Assembly: GCA_051313645.2 (NCBI GenBank)
Contig: JBNRSN020000003.1
Location: 417,260,001-417,324,000, forward strand
Direction: 5' to 3'
Source: Centroscyllium fabricii
Taxonomy: Eukaryota
DNA length: 64,000 nt
Part shown: positions 60,883-64,000 of the stretch, piece after piece
Position numbering within the stretch: the first letter of the stretch is position 1
Layout: each line of letters starts with the position of its first letter
Made by a program: the position numbers and the translations under genes
Notes under the pieces: model-generated
What the model was told of the DNA's origin: nothing
Databases searched by the model: none
What the model saw: only the letters and a program-made list of their open reading frames with translations

Positions 60883-62710
60883 TATAACCCTGTAGGTGAC
60901 AATGAGGCAGTGTTATTTAAAGCACCTCACTGGCACCTGATGAGCTGCTGTCACAACTGCAACAATAATGTCTGAGGTCTTTAAACTCATTATAAATTTA
61001 CTACCATCAAACACTGAAGCACTACTTTAATAACAAGCACATCTTCAAGGATTATTTTAATATGCGAAACCTGACATACACACATTTTTTTTCTTGATTT
61101 GAAATGGGTTGCCTGAAAATCACAGAATTTAATATCCTTTATGTGACTTGCATGCTTAGTGTTGTTTTGTATGTGCGTGTGTGTTGTGAAGTCTAAATAG
61201 ATCCGTATCATTATAATTACACAGAGCACTGATCAATTGCTATGAAATGTAAAATGGTACTTACTTAGGGAGTTGCCTGTTAAAGGGGTTGTTCAGTGGT
61301 TCTTGTGCCAATGCGGCAGGATTTATGGTATCCCTGTTCCCTTTTCTGCTTGCAAAGTGCACTGTAGATGGAACTGATGGACGTCTATTTCCAAAATGCC
61401 TCCAGTTCACCAATATTAGGAGATGCTGTAACATTTAGATTTAATAATTTTTTAACTTGAGACATATTCTTGAAGCAAAAATATTCTGCATCAGCAATTC
61501 TCTGGGGGCCAACTCTTCAAAATGTAATATCAATTTATTAGGCAGTGTGTCATGTATCAAATTAATTTGGCATAAGCCACAAATATATAATTCTTATATG
61601 CTTTGCACGCTTAGTGCAAAGTGATATTTTACAGAGTCAGGCTTCTGGTGACTCTGAAGTGTTGTGGGCATTGCACTTATTCTGAGATTGAAAAGGACAA
61701 CAGGTTACACATTTCACTTCTGACAGAGACTTGTGAGGCCGTTGTTGTCGTTTGTCACTGGATTGCATGGAACAATGTCTGTGGCAAAACAGATAACCTT
61801 TAAAATATCATAGGGGATTATAAATATATTTTATTATTTAGGTGTTCTGGTGAGGATTTAAAAAATCTCTTTGTGAAGGCCTGTTTCAATAGGAATGGAA
61901 GGAGATAACGGTACAGGCTGTCATTCTGGAGTTATTCTTTCTTTGGCTTTTTATCTAAGTAACACTGTTTAAACAGAAATTAACCATTGGATCAGTAGAA
62001 ACTAAATAGGAAATTAAATTAAATCAGATGGAAGCTTCGTGATACACTTATCATTGCTAAGGCTCGAGTGGTAAATAAAGTGGTCAGTAATAACACGGAA
62101 GAGTTAGATACTGTAAGTTTGTAGAAAGTTGATCCCCATAGCTGTGAGACTGAAACCTTAGCGAAGGCTGAGGCAATGCAGGTCATTTTAATTTAATTTT
62201 GTAGCACTTTGATTTATTACATGGGTAACCAGCTTAAAGAGACACAGCTTCCTGAAGTAAATGTGTCACTGTAGCACCTCATGTTGCTTATGTTTTTTTC
62301 CTTTTGGTAAAAAAAATTGTTTGAATTTTCTTGGCACACTTTGCAATCACTGAGTGACCCCTGTAATTGTTCAATTCCTTTAAACAGTTTTCTGTAGAAA
62401 AAAACCCTCCTCTTCACAGAACCTAGAATTTTGTTGTTCTCCTTTACAAAATCGAATGAATGCATTTTGAGAGTGTCCCTTAATTTGCTGTCCTTGTAAA
62501 ACAAGATACAAGAAACTAATCAGAAGCATAATAAAAAAAAGGGTGACAGTATTTCAAAATTTGAACATAGCTGATTAGAATCTTCAGAAGGATAGTATCT
62601 ATATGATATGTGACAGGTACAATATATTTTCTGTTGCGATCGTTATACTTACTTTAAACTCTCTATATGGGTTCAAAACTGGTACAATATTACATCAAAT
62701 TGGTTTGCAG

Positions 62711-63001
62711 GTTTGGTTCCAAAATGCAAGAGCAAAATTCAGGAGGAATCTTTTACGGCAGGAAAATGCAGGGGTTGATAAAGCATCTGATGGCACAGCA
62801 CTTCAAGCAGCAACACCGTCTGGCCCAGCATCAGAAATTTCCAACGCCTCTCTTAGTCCTTCAAGCACTTCTACTACTTTAACTGACTTGACTAACCCTA
62901 CTATGCCAACCGTGACGTCAGTTTTGACGTCTGTGCCTGGTAGCCTCGAGGCCCACGAATCCCGAAGCCCTACACAAACTACTCTCACAAACCTTTTCTG
63001 A
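62711..63001 (+). CDS. lhx2: Lhx2 exon 5 (homeodomain helix 3 and C-terminus)
   Basis: TTTGCAG|GTT TGG; VWFQNARAKFRRNLLRQEN..TPSGPASEISNASLSPSS..TVTSVLTSVPG..QTTLTNLF-stop (Lhx2-type tail). Exon lengths sum to 1233 nt with consistent phases. Confidence 0.96.
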   Translation, partial: VWFQNARAKFRRNLLRQENAGVDKASDGTALQAATPSGPASEISNASLSPSSTSTTLTDLTNPTMPTVTSVLTSVPGSLEAHESRSPTQTTLTNLF

Positions 63002-63480
63002 GAACTCTTTTACATGATTCCTATGGAGAAGAGGAAATTCTTAGTTTAATTATAACTGTATTTTTATTAGCTGCTTTGTACAACTGACTAACAGCACTAT
63101 GGATCTGTACTGAAAACTGAGTCAAGTCAATGTTCTGGAAAAAAAAAAGTTTACAAGCTGTGGAGAACCTTTGCAGCGTTAACTTCGATGCCCTTTTGTG
63201 TAACTGTACAGTTTTGTGGACTGAACAAGGGAATGAAATCAAAAATCTGAACCATTAAATAAAGTTGGCTAGGAATTATGTGTACTTCTAAGTTTTCAAA
63301 GACTGTCATGTGCCTTATACACTGTCTTATAAACACACAACGGACTGCATCTGCATTCAATTCAGATTTATGAGGTTGACTCTTGCCAGTTGTCTTTCTG
63401 CTACATTGAAAGTTCGGAAACCTTTTAGAATGTCATGGTAAAAGGTCAGTTTCAATAAAGTTGTGCTAAAGTTATATAAA
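63002..63480 (+). other. Probable lhx2 3' UTR with candidate poly(A) signals
   Basis: AT-rich sequence after the stop. ATTAAA/AATAAA at 63254-63263 and AATAAA at 63454-63459; another at 63918-63923. Confidence 0.5.
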
Positions 63481-64000
63481 AAAACAAAGAAAAGAACATT
63501 CTGGACATTGAAGGATTGCAGTTTGAGACTGAAGGTTAGGAAGCGTCTCCGTGTTTCATATCACCCTTGAATTCAATTGGGGTAACTGTTCTACCTCAGT
63601 GACCACCGAGAGTTCAGGGGTCTTTAATGGTTGTTTGGAAAGGTAGCATTTGATTTTATTGGGCTCTTTCAAAATCAAACCTCCAGTCAATTCCTTTTGA
63701 TGTTGATCTTCTGTCCCACATACATTTGTTTTGCATTATTTAATACATTCAGCTCTGGAGATTGTTAAATAACTAACTTTAAAACACTACAAGGCGCCCA
63801 GTTTAGATAACATAGCAGACCACAATGCTATCAGTGACAGTGTATTCTGAAGGTTCTTTCATGAGTCCAGTCTGTCTTTTGCCACAAGTGAAGGAATGTC
63901 AGTAACGCATCATGTGTAATAAAACACGCTGTTTCTTTTGGGGGTTGCTCCATTTTAACTTTTCACACTTTCTGCAATTGGATTGTTAACTGGTGATTTG

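Noticed and set aside
55636-62710. Lhx9-alpha-like alternative last exon in intron 4
   Set aside because: No convincing acceptor plus similar peptide found by eye; cannot be excluded without RNA data.
34245-63001. Assignment as lhx9
   Set aside because: WHMRC, RDLVYHLNCFTCTTCNKML, GADLAAYNAALSCNEND and TPSGPASEISNASLSPSS match recalled Lhx2 rather than Lhx9.

Overview
Eukaryotic genomic DNA, most likely from a shark or ray (inferred from HE1/V-SINE-type and CR1 repeats). The window holds one complete five-exon LIM-homeobox gene on the + strand. By recalled diagnostic residues it is lhx2 (CDS 34302/34359-63001, 410/391 aa), with an Lhx9-like N-terminal extension. Upstream lie a 2.7 kb PIF/Harbinger-like DNA transposon carrying only an intact, spliced MADF(-BESS-like) gene and no transposase, and a ~10 kb 26-bp tandem array whose very long ORFs are artefacts. 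Short Penelope-type remnants of two families are scattered through the window. Several carry minimal hammerhead-ribozyme folds, have 10-15 bp target-site duplications, or form fold-back palindromes. Introns 3 and 4 contain V-SINEs with two different CR1-derived tails, CR1 fragments, and TA- or TTA-flanked MITEs, two of which are rich in NRF1/YY1 motifs. All family assignments come from recalled sequences and motifs read by eye; no database search was run.
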